From contig JAJSZP010000003.1 of assembly GCA_030262775.1 (NCBI GenBank), positions 1-42,691 of the forward strand: DNA of 42,691 nt, read 5' to 3'. This stretch comes from Deltaproteobacteria bacterium. GTDB taxonomy: Bacteria > Desulfobacterota > Desulfobacteria > Desulfobacterales > ETH-SRB1. The notes beneath the pieces are model-generated. The model was given only the letters and a program-made list of their open reading frames with translations, did no database searches and was not told the DNA's origin. This document shows, piece after piece, positions 28,810 through 38,692 of this stretch (position 1 is the first letter of the stretch; every line of letters starts with the position of its first letter). The position numbers were made by a program, and so were the translations under genes.

Positions 28810-29967
28810 CTAAGAGAGAAAAGATTTTTCCGATCTTACTCTAAGCTCCACGCTCTTATTAAAACGCGCAAGAATCTTGCAGTTTTCTTCGATAATTCTC
28901 TCCGGCGATCCAAGGAGATCGCACAGGTCATCAGGACCGCCAACAATATCTGTCACAATTTCATCAAGATGAATTCGCCCATTCACACACAGGCTGAGAA
29001 TTTTGGCAAATGCTCCGCCAAGATGGCCGCGTGATCCAACCAAAGACACAGCATTGGTAATCATGTGGTCCATAGCATCCAAAACCAAAGGCTCACCGCT
29101 TCTCGCCAGGAGGGCAATACGGCCGTTGGCATTCAAGCGCCGGAATGCCCTGCTAACGTTATCCATATACCCGGAGGCCTCAATAAGCACATCGACGGAA
29201 CACGGACCATGGTCAAAGAATTCTTCAATATCGTACACATGATCGCTCCACTTCATCGCGAGCTTTCTTCGAAATTCAACAGGCTCAACAACGTGGACAC
29301 AGGAAGCACCGAAAACAACCTTGCTCAACATTGCAGAAAAAATTCCTATTGGACCGGCTCCAAAAACAAGAACCACGTCTCCTGGCCCTACACCAGTGTT
29401 CTGACAAGCAACATAAGCGACACCTGCGGGCTCAATGCATGCAGCCGCTCTCAGTCCCCTGTCGCTTTCCGCCAACGCAGAAACATCATGGCTCAGCATC
29501 GCAGGTACATCAACCACTGTGCCAAAGAGTCCATCCTTTTCCAGTCCCAACAATTGTGCATGACAACACTGATTGAACTGACCTCTCCGGCACACATCAC
29601 AGTGATGGCAAACAATGATTGACTCAAACGTAACACAGTCGCCTGGTTTCACATGGTAAACATGAGAACCAGCTTCAAGTACCCTGGCAACTCCTTCGTG
29701 CCCGATGATTCGGCCTTCAGGAGGAATCTCTGCCGGTGCGGAGCATCGAATATAGCCTGTATCAGGATTCGTCTCTACCAAATGCACGTCTGTACCGCAC
29801 AATCCTGCATAGATCATCTCCACCCTGATTTCATCAGAACGTAAGTGGCCCAGCTCACGTTTCTCAATGGAAACACGCGGATTTTGATAAATTTGGTGAG
29901 GCCCCGGATCAACAACTCCCTCTACAGGCTTTCTATCTGCACGAAGAACAACAACTTTAGATTTCAT
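28810..29967 (-). CDS. Zn-dependent MDR dehydrogenase, scyllo-inosose 3-dehydrogenase (IolM)-like
   Basis: GLCGTD, GHEG, structural Zn C..C..C.......C, GAGPIG and GSRGH, plus an IolM-like N-terminal extension and GYI insert. Confidence 0.85.
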   Translation of the reverse strand: MKSKVVVLRADRKPVEGVVDPGPHQIYQNPRVSIEKRELGHLRSDEIRVEMIYAGLCGTDVHLVETNPDTGYIRCSAPAEIPPEGRIIGHEGVARVLEAGSHVYHVKPGDCVTFESIIVCHHCDVCRRGQFNQCCHAQLLGLEKDGLFGTVVDVPAMLSHDVSALAESDRGLRAAACIEPAGVAYVACQNTGVGPGDVVLVFGAGPIGIFSAMLSKVVFGASCVHVVEPVEFRRKLAMKWSDHVYDIEEFFDHGPCSVDVLIEASGYMDNVSRAFRRLNANGRIALLARSGEPLVLDAMDHMITNAVSLVGSRGHLGGAFAKILSLCVNGRIHLDEIVTDIVGGPDDLCDLLGSPERIIEENCKILARFNKSVELRVRSEKSFLS

Positions 29968-31466
29968 GCCCCCTCCATCTCCAACGCCTTTTTATCTATT
30001 TTTCCACTCCCGATCTTAGGTAGAAATTTTCTGATCTCGACTATTCGGGGCACCTTGTATTGAGCTATTCTCCCTCTACAAAAGGCAAATATTTCTTTTT
30101 CTGTTATTTCCCTTCCATTCTTTGTCACTATAATGGCCTTAGGTACCTCGCCTCTGAGATCATCATTTGAAGCTATTACCACCGTCTCTTTAATATCCGG
30201 ATGTTCCATTAAGGCCAACTCAATCTCAAGTGGATATACCTTAAGCCCGGCAACCTTCATCAGCCCGGCTTTTCTGTCAACAAAGTAAATATTCCCTTCT
30301 CTATCCCTTTTGCCTAAATCACCACTGTAATACCAACCATTTTTAAAACAATTTTTACTGTTCATGGGATATTTATAGTAGCCATTAACAACTGCCGATC
30401 CCTTGAATATTAATTCTCCTATCTCGCCGGCGCCAACCAGCTCATCATTTTCATCCACTATTTTTACTTCATAGGACATGCAGGGTTTTCCAACCGAACC
30501 GGGAACTATCGGCCCTCCCGGCACCTGAGTAATGGCAATGCCGGTTGTTTCCGTGCTCCCCCATACAGGTATAATAGGAACGCCGATCTTTTGCCTAAAA
30601 CGCTCAACGAGTTCCGGCCTGGTATGCATTCCCCCGCTTTCCGGAACCCTGAGAGAACTAAGATCATATTCATAATGATCAAGCACATCCAGCAATTTTT
30701 CGTACATGGGCGCCAACCCCATCATACAGGTAACACTATGATCAGAAATGACCTTTGCTAAAGACTTTGGATATATCCTGTCAAGCAAGACCATAGTCCC
30801 TCCTAAATAGAGGGGTCTTGCAATTAGTTCATGAGGATGGGCGAATGGTGCAAAGATGCAAAGGTGGATATCATTTGCGGTAAGTTTAAGGGCATCAACT
30901 GCAGCTATTGTATTCCAGTATATCTGAGCGTGAGTAGTAATAGCGCCTTTAGGATTGCCTGTAGAGCCGGATGTATAGTTTAGATAAACAATATCGTTGT
31001 CTTCAGCTCTGAAACTAAAATTCTCGGATTTTTTATCTTTTATTATCTTGTCCCAGGAAATTTCTTCTTCGTTCTTATTATTGCCTGCAACTACCACTGG
31101 AATTTCTAAGCTCGAAGGAATGGATCTTTTCGCAAGGTTCAAAAACTGTTCGTGGACAATAAGGCACCTGGGGTCAATATTTTGCAATAAGACATTGATC
31201 TTATCATCCAGAAGCTCAAAATTTATGGGAACAACTACGCCTTGAACTTTTGCTATGGCCAGAAAACTGATAACCAGTTCAGGAACCCTGGGGAGCATCA
31301 GCCCAACTTTATCTCCCTTATTGACCCCCATCTCCACCAAAGCATCGGCCAGCTTGTTTACCGTCTGATTTAGTTCTCTGTAACTGATTTTTGTGTTATA
31401 ATAAATTATAGCTATCTTGTCAGGAATATCTCTTGCGTGTATCTCAAGCATCTCAACCAGAGTCAT
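29964..31466 (-). CDS. AMP-binding acyl-CoA synthetase
   Basis: YTSGSTGNPKG, WGSTET, SGDLG, DR, YPLEIE and LPK.GSGKI. ATGA overlap with the dehydrogenase. Confidence 0.93.
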   Translation of the reverse strand: MTLVEMLEIHARDIPDKIAIIYYNTKISYRELNQTVNKLADALVEMGVNKGDKVGLMLPRVPELVISFLAIAKVQGVVVPINFELLDDKINVLLQNIDPRCLIVHEQFLNLAKRSIPSSLEIPVVVAGNNKNEEEISWDKIIKDKKSENFSFRAEDNDIVYLNYTSGSTGNPKGAITTHAQIYWNTIAAVDALKLTANDIHLCIFAPFAHPHELIARPLYLGGTMVLLDRIYPKSLAKVISDHSVTCMMGLAPMYEKLLDVLDHYEYDLSSLRVPESGGMHTRPELVERFRQKIGVPIIPVWGSTETTGIAITQVPGGPIVPGSVGKPCMSYEVKIVDENDELVGAGEIGELIFKGSAVVNGYYKYPMNSKNCFKNGWYYSGDLGKRDREGNIYFVDRKAGLMKVAGLKVYPLEIELALMEHPDIKETVVIASNDDLRGEVPKAIIVTKNGREITEKEIFAFCRGRIAQYKVPRIVEIRKFLPKIGSGKIDKKALEMEGA

Positions 31467-31584
31467 AACAAAGTCCTACTTTCAAAATTCTATCTATCAG
31501 TCCCCGGAAGCTGCAGGAACTTTCCATAAAATGCCCCAATAAGTTTGTCAACTTTTCTGGAGTCAGAAATTTACAAACTCATTT

Positions 31585-33006
31585 TTATAAGGCTCCTCTA
31601 CCACCAATCACTGCTGGTATTGTTTTAAAAAGTATCTTCAGGTCGCCAATAAAACTCCAGTTGTCAATATATTCCAGATCCAATTTCATCCAATCTTCAA
31701 AAGAGATGTCATTCCTGCCACTAATCTGCCAGGTACAGGTAATCCCAGGTTTTATACTGAAGCGCTTACGTTGCCAATCCTGGGTAAAACCGTTATAATC
31801 TCGTATCGGAAGCGGCCTGGGCCCCACTAAGCTCATGCTTCCCCCTATAACATTAAATAACTGTGGCAATTCATCAATACTTGTTTTTCTAAGCCAGCGC
31901 CCAACTTTAGTAATCCTTGGATCATTTCGAATCTTGAAAACCGGACCATCCATTTCGTTCAAGATTTGATATTTTTCTTGTTCTTTTTCCGCACCCATCA
32001 CCATTGTGCGAAACTTGTATAGACGGAAAATCCGTTTGTTGTACCCTACCCGCTCCTGAGCAAAGTAAATTGGCCCTGGAGACGTGAGTTTAATGGCAAA
32101 TGCAGCCGCCAGCATCAGAGGAAAGGTCAATATTATAAATGCCAACCCCACGACCGAATCCATTGTCCTTTTTAACAGATACCGCCCATAGCCATACGGC
32201 CTTGAAGCTGCCGTCAATATCCAAAAACCGGCAAATGTTCCAGTTTTTAATGTTGTAAACTTAGTATCGAAAAGCTGAAAAATATAGCGTATTATAATGC
32301 CTTGTTCTTCGGCTTCTTTTATGATTTGTTGAGCACGTTCATATTGGGAATCAAGAGGTAAAGCAATAACCACTTCATCAACCACCTGACTCCTTAAAAT
32401 AGTCGAAAAATCATCAAGGTTTCCTAAAAGCCTTATGTTTTCTCCATGGCAATTTTTGTGATCATCAACATATCCTAATATGCGATATCCCCATTCCTCA
32501 TGTTCCTGAACCTTTCGAACAAAGTAACATGAATTCTTATTAGCTCCAACCATTAGAATAAATCGAAGATTCCTGCCATAAATACGCAACTGGTTGAGGG
32601 AATATCTTAAAATGGTGCGGAAGGATATAGTCAAAATGGTACTTGAAAGCCAAAACACAGAGAGGAACTGCCCGGTAAAAACCTTAACGCTAAAAATCTG
32701 TCCACACACCAGGATAACGACTGTCCCTATCGTTGTGGCTTTGACAATATCTTTCCACTCTTGAATATGGCCATCTAATCGGCGAGACTTGTAAAACCGG
32801 CAACTATGCAGGACAGCTCCCCATAAAAAAACAATAATTAACAGCATGATTTCATCGGCCAATCTGATGTGTAAAGACAACAGATATTCTAAGGTAATCG
32901 TCTTTGTATGGTCAGTAATGAACCATGCGAACAGTAAACTGACTATCAATATAAATATATCTGAAAGTTTATAAAGATTCAGCAGCAAACTTCGACGGAA
33001 AAACAT
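31585..33006 (-). CDS. Priming polyprenyl-phosphate glycosylphosphotransferase (WcaJ/CpsE-like)
   Basis: N-terminal TMs, KFRTM, DPRIT.VG..LRKTSIDELPQL.NV, MSLVGPRP, KPGIT and DLEYI. Confidence 0.95.
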   Translation of the reverse strand: MFFRRSLLLNLYKLSDIFILIVSLLFAWFITDHTKTITLEYLLSLHIRLADEIMLLIIVFLWGAVLHSCRFYKSRRLDGHIQEWKDIVKATTIGTVVILVCGQIFSVKVFTGQFLSVFWLSSTILTISFRTILRYSLNQLRIYGRNLRFILMVGANKNSCYFVRKVQEHEEWGYRILGYVDDHKNCHGENIRLLGNLDDFSTILRSQVVDEVVIALPLDSQYERAQQIIKEAEEQGIIIRYIFQLFDTKFTTLKTGTFAGFWILTAASRPYGYGRYLLKRTMDSVVGLAFIILTFPLMLAAAFAIKLTSPGPIYFAQERVGYNKRIFRLYKFRTMVMGAEKEQEKYQILNEMDGPVFKIRNDPRITKVGRWLRKTSIDELPQLFNVIGGSMSLVGPRPLPIRDYNGFTQDWQRKRFSIKPGITCTWQISGRNDISFEDWMKLDLEYIDNWSFIGDLKILFKTIPAVIGGRGAL

Positions 33007-33059
33007 GATTTGCCTATATTATTTTGCTTTGCACTAATGTAATTTGAAATACCTCCAGT

Positions 33060-35237
33060 CTAAGGAGCGCATTGCCTTTGTAAAAGTAAAAACTTGTCTT
33101 TCTCAGGCACTTTTTCCATCAAGTTGAGATAGGTCATTTCCATATCATTTAAAAGCCGTTCTTGAGAATACCTTTGCTTAACAAATACTCGCGCCCTTTT
33201 TATACACTCTTCCTTTTGGCTTATACCATTCTCAGCAAGATATTTAAGTCCGTTAGCAAATCCAGATACATCATCATTTCGGCAAAGAATCCCTTTTTCA
33301 CATACTGTAAAACCGTTAGATTGTGAGACATTGACTGGAATTCCCAGGAGATCCGGAACTCCCCCTGCATCAGTAGCAATTACCGGCACCAAAGAAGCCA
33401 TAGCTTCAATAATTGAGACTGGTGTTCCTTCATTTATTGAAGTCAGGGATAAAATATCAAGATCAGCATATACTGAAGGCACATCTTTTACCCACCCACA
33501 GAATAAAACATGATTGTACAGACCCTGCTTATTGCAATAGGCTTCCAGCTCATGCCTTAATTCGCCATCCCCTACTACCAAAAATTTTACCGGAATACGA
33601 GGATTATTTTCGAGAAATAAGTTTGCGGCCTTAAGAAACATCATATGGTTCTTTATAGGAGCCAATCGTCCAATTATACCAATCAAAAATGTATCATCAT
33701 CTATCCCGATTTTTCGTCTAAATTGTCCTTTCAGTAAATTGCAGGACAAAAACGGTGACAAGTCAAATCCCAGTTCTATAATTTTGATTTTATCAGCCGG
33801 AGCAATTCGATATTTACAAACAAGTTCTCTTTTCTGTATTTCGCTTATAGCTATAATTATATCAGTTACCATAGCAAATAGACGCTCAATCCAAACGAAC
33901 ATCAATGATGTTGAACGACTAAAATAGCCTTTAAAAATATGCCCGTGAAAAGTGTGAACAACGCGTACATGTTTAGCACAAAAAAGATTATATGCGCTTG
34001 CAGCAATCCTGGCACTGGTGCCGGCTTTTGCTGTATGCGTATGAACAATATCGGGTTTTACCAGGTAAAGTATTCTGAAAATTTGAAAAAAAGCCTTAAA
34101 ATCCATTTTGAGGCTTATCTCTCTTTGGAGTTCGGGAATAATTACAGGTTTATTTTCCATAGATTCAAACAAATAGCTCATATCCCCTTCCTGGGGAGAA
34201 ATCTTTCCTGTCACCAAAGTTGATTCAAATCTTTCAGTATTCAATCCTTTTGTTAATAAATGGACATGAATAGCAGGTCCGCCTATATTAAGACGAGCAA
34301 TCAAACGCAATATCTTGATTTTTTCTTTCTTTTCTTTAGCTTGTGTTATCTTTTTGTGTTGTTGTATGCCATGCTGTTGATACCAGACACGTATTCCGTT
34401 GGAGACAAGAGTGAAAACAAGCCTTATTGAAAGTCCGGCAATAACTATAAGTCTCATAAACCAAAAAGAAGGCTTATTGTACTTATTGAAAAGCAGATAG
34501 CTGCTCTTATGAAATTCAAAGACCGAGCGAAAAAGCAGTTTATCACTGCTTCCCCCGACATAATGAACGATGGTCGCCTGCGGGAAGTACACCACCTTCC
34601 ATCCGGAATGCCACATGCGTTTGCACCAGTCAGCATCCTCCCAGTACATGAAAAACCGTTCGTCCATCAAGCCGGCATCCTCAACAGCCTTTCTCCTCAC
34701 GACCATGCAGGCTCCGGAGACCCAATCAGCCTCTATAGGAGTTATACCATCGCATCTATTTGTGAGTACATTCTGTCTAGTGATTTTATTGCCGGGAAAC
34801 AATTTACTGAGAAGTGACTTGCGGCCGAACAATCCTGTAAGAGGAGTAGGAAAAGACCTGGCCGATCCTTGAACAGATCCATCATGATCAAAGATTGTTG
34901 GTCCTATAACTCCCACATCGGGATTATCTTCCATGTAACAAAGGACCGATTTAAAAAAACCCTTTTCAATATGAGTATCAGGATTCAAAAGAACAACATA
35001 AGGCGAAAAACTTACTTTTAAAGCCTGATTAACTGCCGCGGCAAAGCCCATATTATATGTATTTCCGGTGAGTATAACCTCCGGGAAAAATTTACTTACG
35101 CGGCTTACATCGTCATTAGAGTCATTGTCTTGTACAAAAATATTTACAGAAATATCTCCTATGCAATCATAAATAGACTCAAGGCATTTAATAAGATAAT
35201 CCGTGCTGTTATAATTAACTATGATAATATCTATCAA
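33060..35237 (-). CDS. Bifunctional GT2 + GT4 glycosyltransferase
   Basis: GT2: IVNYNS, LLNPD, VSGACM, YWEDADW. GT4: ARLNIGGP, HTHTAKAG, EGTPVSIIEAMA. Confidence 0.92.
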   Translation of the reverse strand: MIDIIIVNYNSTDYLIKCLESIYDCIGDISVNIFVQDNDSNDDVSRVSKFFPEVILTGNTYNMGFAAAVNQALKVSFSPYVVLLNPDTHIEKGFFKSVLCYMEDNPDVGVIGPTIFDHDGSVQGSARSFPTPLTGLFGRKSLLSKLFPGNKITRQNVLTNRCDGITPIEADWVSGACMVVRRKAVEDAGLMDERFFMYWEDADWCKRMWHSGWKVVYFPQATIVHYVGGSSDKLLFRSVFEFHKSSYLLFNKYNKPSFWFMRLIVIAGLSIRLVFTLVSNGIRVWYQQHGIQQHKKITQAKEKKEKIKILRLIARLNIGGPAIHVHLLTKGLNTERFESTLVTGKISPQEGDMSYLFESMENKPVIIPELQREISLKMDFKAFFQIFRILYLVKPDIVHTHTAKAGTSARIAASAYNLFCAKHVRVVHTFHGHIFKGYFSRSTSLMFVWIERLFAMVTDIIIAISEIQKRELVCKYRIAPADKIKIIELGFDLSPFLSCNLLKGQFRRKIGIDDDTFLIGIIGRLAPIKNHMMFLKAANLFLENNPRIPVKFLVVGDGELRHELEAYCNKQGLYNHVLFCGWVKDVPSVYADLDILSLTSINEGTPVSIIEAMASLVPVIATDAGGVPDLLGIPVNVSQSNGFTVCEKGILCRNDDVSGFANGLKYLAENGISQKEECIKRARVFVKQRYSQERLLNDMEMTYLNLMEKVPEKDKFLLLQRQCAP

Positions 35238-35334
35238 ATTAGAATCCTTTACGTAATAGTTCAGCTAAGTTTTGACAGGATAACAGGATTGACATGATTG
35301 TTTCCCTTATACGATAATTGTTTCCGTAAGTTCT

Positions 35335-36501
35335 TTATATTCCATTTTGCAGAATGGATGGGAGCTCTTTTAGCGCTTTTTCTACAGGCAGTATGGAGAT
35401 GTTGTCTACATATTCCGGCCTTGAACCACCATATAGCATGTATAGCTTCGCTTCGGGATAGTCATTTGCAAATGACTTCAGTCCGTTAAGATCTTTTTTT
35501 GCAATTCGGCTGGAACGTTTTATTTCAAAAGCAAGAAGACCCTTTGGGCCATAGAGAATAAAATCAACTTCAACGCCATTGCTCGTTCGCCAGTAATACA
35601 GATTATATTCATAGTTGTAATAGTCATTGATGGCAGACAATTCTTGAAAGCAAAGGGTTTCCAGGCCTGGCCCTTCAGCTTCTTGAGGAGAATCAAGCGG
35701 TCCCATAGGACGGAGTGTCCGAAAAAAACCTACATCAAAAAAGTAGAATTTAGGATGGGATATCATTCTTCGCTTTGCCCTTCGTGTAAAGACAGGAAGG
35801 GAGGTGGATAGAAGAAGATCTTCAAGTACTGAAAAGTAGTTTGTAACTCGCATTCTTTCAATACCGGATTCTCTTGCTATCTCGGAAATATTCAATACTG
35901 ATCCCTGTGAAAAGGAAGCTGTTTCAAGAAAACGTGAAAAACTGCCTAAATTCCTTGTTAAGCCTTCCTGCAGAATTTCCTCTCGTAAATATGTCTGAAC
36001 ATAGGCCTTTAAAAAGAGATTGGGGTTTTTTTCATAAAGAATTGAGGGCAAATGCCCCCATGCTAATGACTTTTTCAAACAAAAGCTGTCGCCCAGTTCA
36101 ACGGCTGTAAGAGGATACATTTTGTAGGTTAAGGCACGCCCAGCCAGTAGATTTACACCTTTCTTTCTGAGAGTTCTATCACTGGAGCCCGTGAGTATGA
36201 ATTTGTAGTGAAAAGTTTCTATTAACCGATGGACCTCGTTTAATAGTTCCGGAATCCTCTGGATCTCATCAAGAATGATCCAGTTTTGAAAACCTGGGGG
36301 TATTAGATTTTCCAGGCGATCCGGCCGTGCTAAAAAATCATTATAAAAATCAAATTTCAGGAGATCAAAGTACACAGCTTCCGAAAAGATGCTTTTTATC
36401 CATGTAGTTTTTCCAGCACCTCTTGGTCCAAACAGAAAAAAACTCTTGTTATTATCAACCGGAATTTTTAGCAATCTGCTGAACATAATTTCATTTTGCA
36501 T
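35335..36501 (-). CDS. AAA_14 ATPase with DUF4143/PD-(D/E)xK domain
   Basis: GPRGAGKT, ILDEIQ, LTGSS, LAGRA, PKFYFFD and YWRT..GVEVDF...FEIK. Confidence 0.9.
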   Translation of the reverse strand: MQNEIMFSRLLKIPVDNNKSFFLFGPRGAGKTTWIKSIFSEAVYFDLLKFDFYNDFLARPDRLENLIPPGFQNWIILDEIQRIPELLNEVHRLIETFHYKFILTGSSDRTLRKKGVNLLAGRALTYKMYPLTAVELGDSFCLKKSLAWGHLPSILYEKNPNLFLKAYVQTYLREEILQEGLTRNLGSFSRFLETASFSQGSVLNISEIARESGIERMRVTNYFSVLEDLLLSTSLPVFTRRAKRRMISHPKFYFFDVGFFRTLRPMGPLDSPQEAEGPGLETLCFQELSAINDYYNYEYNLYYWRTSNGVEVDFILYGPKGLLAFEIKRSSRIAKKDLNGLKSFANDYPEAKLYMLYGGSRPEYVDNISILPVEKALKELPSILQNGI

Positions 36502-36594
36502 AGATATTTGAAGAAGTCAACTTCAAAATTTATATTCCAGGCATCTGTGAATGGTCTTCCGTCTGGACCTTCATACTGTCGCATTCACCACCTC

Positions 36595-37575
36595 TCAATT
36601 TTTCCGCAACCGCCTGGTCAGTCGAGGCAGAAGCAATTCTCTTTCCAACAGTCTCCAGATATAATCAACTTCAACTGTTCTGTTTTTTTGAATTTGCTTT
36701 CTTTTTTTTAATGCTTTCTTTATACCCTTCAGCGCATCCCATTTAGCTTTTATAAAATCTTTGTTTCGGCCGCGCGCTGTAAAAAAGAAAAAAGCCGCTA
36801 TGTCATAGATAATGTGGGAAAAGATAGTTTTAAGTATCAATCCGGCAGGCATATTTTGGATATAAACCCATTCCAGATTTCGATGGCTGTAGTAAACTGA
36901 AATTGCTGAGTCATAACCTATGGTTCCGCTAGCCTTATGATATACAACGGCATCAGGTACATATATGCACTTGTAGCCTTGCAATTGTGCTCTGAAACTA
37001 AGGTCAACGTCTTCATAGAGTAAAAAGAAATCCTCATCAAAAAGACCGATATCACGAAGCATTCGTGTACGATAAAGAGCAGCACCCGCGCATGCCCCGA
37101 AAATCCACTCCTGCCGATCATAATTCGTTGCTGATGTTCCGCGACCACGGAGAAGCCCTGCCCCAGCCCTCGTATAAGAATCTCCTGCTCGATCAATGAT
37201 TTTGGGATTGTCGTAAAAAAGAATTTTTGAAGCTGCACATCCTGCTTCCGGATAAGTCTCAATGGCTTTCACCAGCGTCTTAAGCCAGAGAGGATGAGGA
37301 ACTGCATCGTTGTTAAGCAATGCTATATATTCGGTTTGGACCATTTCAAGGGCTATATTGTTTGCACTGGAAAAGCCAACGTTTTTTGAAAGAGCGATAA
37401 TCTTAACCTCGGGGTAATTGCGTGAAACAAAATCAACGGATCCATCCTCAGATCCATTGTCTACAAAAGTGATACTTACTGGTTCGTAAACTTGCTGCCT
37501 AAGGCTATCCAAGCATGTGGAAAGAAAGTCTTTTCCGTTCCAGTTTACTATAATAACATTTATCATTTCTGTCAT
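36595..37575 (-). CDS. GT2 glycosyltransferase (WbbL/rhamnosyltransferase-like)
   Basis: IVNWNG, DNGS.DGS, LLNNDA, GLFDEDFF and EDVDL. Confidence 0.92.
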   Translation of the reverse strand: MTEMINVIIVNWNGKDFLSTCLDSLRQQVYEPVSITFVDNGSEDGSVDFVSRNYPEVKIIALSKNVGFSSANNIALEMVQTEYIALLNNDAVPHPLWLKTLVKAIETYPEAGCAASKILFYDNPKIIDRAGDSYTRAGAGLLRGRGTSATNYDRQEWIFGACAGAALYRTRMLRDIGLFDEDFFLLYEDVDLSFRAQLQGYKCIYVPDAVVYHKASGTIGYDSAISVYYSHRNLEWVYIQNMPAGLILKTIFSHIIYDIAAFFFFTARGRNKDFIKAKWDALKGIKKALKKRKQIQKNRTVEVDYIWRLLERELLLPRLTRRLRKN

Positions 37576-37592
37576 ATATCCAATAGTTAGAG

Positions 37593-38507
37593 TTATATCG
37601 TGTCCGAGTAAAGAAAAGGTATTTCACCTCGTTGACCAGCACGCCCAGAAAATCCATGGTATAACCCCTTTATTATATAAAGGAAGCTGCGTAATCTATG
37701 TTTTTCATACAATAGTATGAGGCACATAATCTTCATAAGTATAGTTCTATTAGATATACACCATCCATGCTCTGCCTTTTTATACATTTTATGAAGAAGA
37801 ACAGCATTGCGGAATTGATAATAACGTCGAATAGGGTCATGATGAGTTGGGTGCACAATTTTCCAAAGAATAAAACGCCCCTCAATATTGCCAATCTTAT
37901 GTAATAGAATGGCATCCCTTACCTGAATGATATCATATCCCCTGTTTCTTAGCCTGAGACAATATTCTATATCGACATAATCAATGAATAGACTGTCAAG
38001 GAAATAGCCGGCTGATTCAAAGGCTTCTTTGGAAATCAGACTTCCGGATGTGATAACATGCGCAATCTTTTCCCACGGCGCATAGGTATGAACCGCTGAA
38101 AAATTATGAGAACAATTGCAAAATGATATTTCTGGACCAACTACCATTAATCTTTCACGGTTAGGGTATCTCTCCCACACATCTAACATTTTCTGCACCA
38201 TATTCGCCTGAGGCTCACTGTCCTGGTCAAATGTAACAATCCATGAATAGCCATAATTTATTGCTTTTCTAACACCCTGATTTAAGGCTGTAGCCATACC
38301 AAGATTTACTCTGTTTTTGATCAAATCAACGGTCTTTCTTCCATTTATGGCCTTATCTAACCAAAGAGACTCCATTCCAGTTGAACCGTTATCTACAATG
38401 ATAACCTGTTTCACTTGCTGTGAAATTATTTTCAACCTATGCTGGAATTCGCGATCTGGAAAATATGTTATAATGACTGCACAAACTGAGTTATTACATA
38501 AAGCCAT
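37593..38507 (-). CDS. GT2 rhamnosyltransferase (RfbF-like)
   Basis: TYFP, VDNGS, FDQDS, ITSGSL, LFIDYVD.EYCLR and RRYYQFRN. Confidence 0.88.
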   Translation of the reverse strand: MALCNNSVCAVIITYFPDREFQHRLKIISQQVKQVIIVDNGSTGMESLWLDKAINGRKTVDLIKNRVNLGMATALNQGVRKAINYGYSWIVTFDQDSEPQANMVQKMLDVWERYPNRERLMVVGPEISFCNCSHNFSAVHTYAPWEKIAHVITSGSLISKEAFESAGYFLDSLFIDYVDIEYCLRLRNRGYDIIQVRDAILLHKIGNIEGRFILWKIVHPTHHDPIRRYYQFRNAVLLHKMYKKAEHGWCISNRTILMKIMCLILLYEKHRLRSFLYIIKGLYHGFSGRAGQRGEIPFLYSDTI

Positions 38508-38692
38508 TATCTTACCTCAATTTAGTTAATTTAACTTTTATTTTTGCCCTCATTCTTACTTTGTGAATACTCCAATTTTGAACAAGCCATCTGAATGACG
38601 CTCAATCAACCAAAATCAGAATACTGGACTGGGCCTAATAATGTTGATGGTTAGTTTGGTAATGTAAGAAGGATCAATTCCCATAATAGTTT

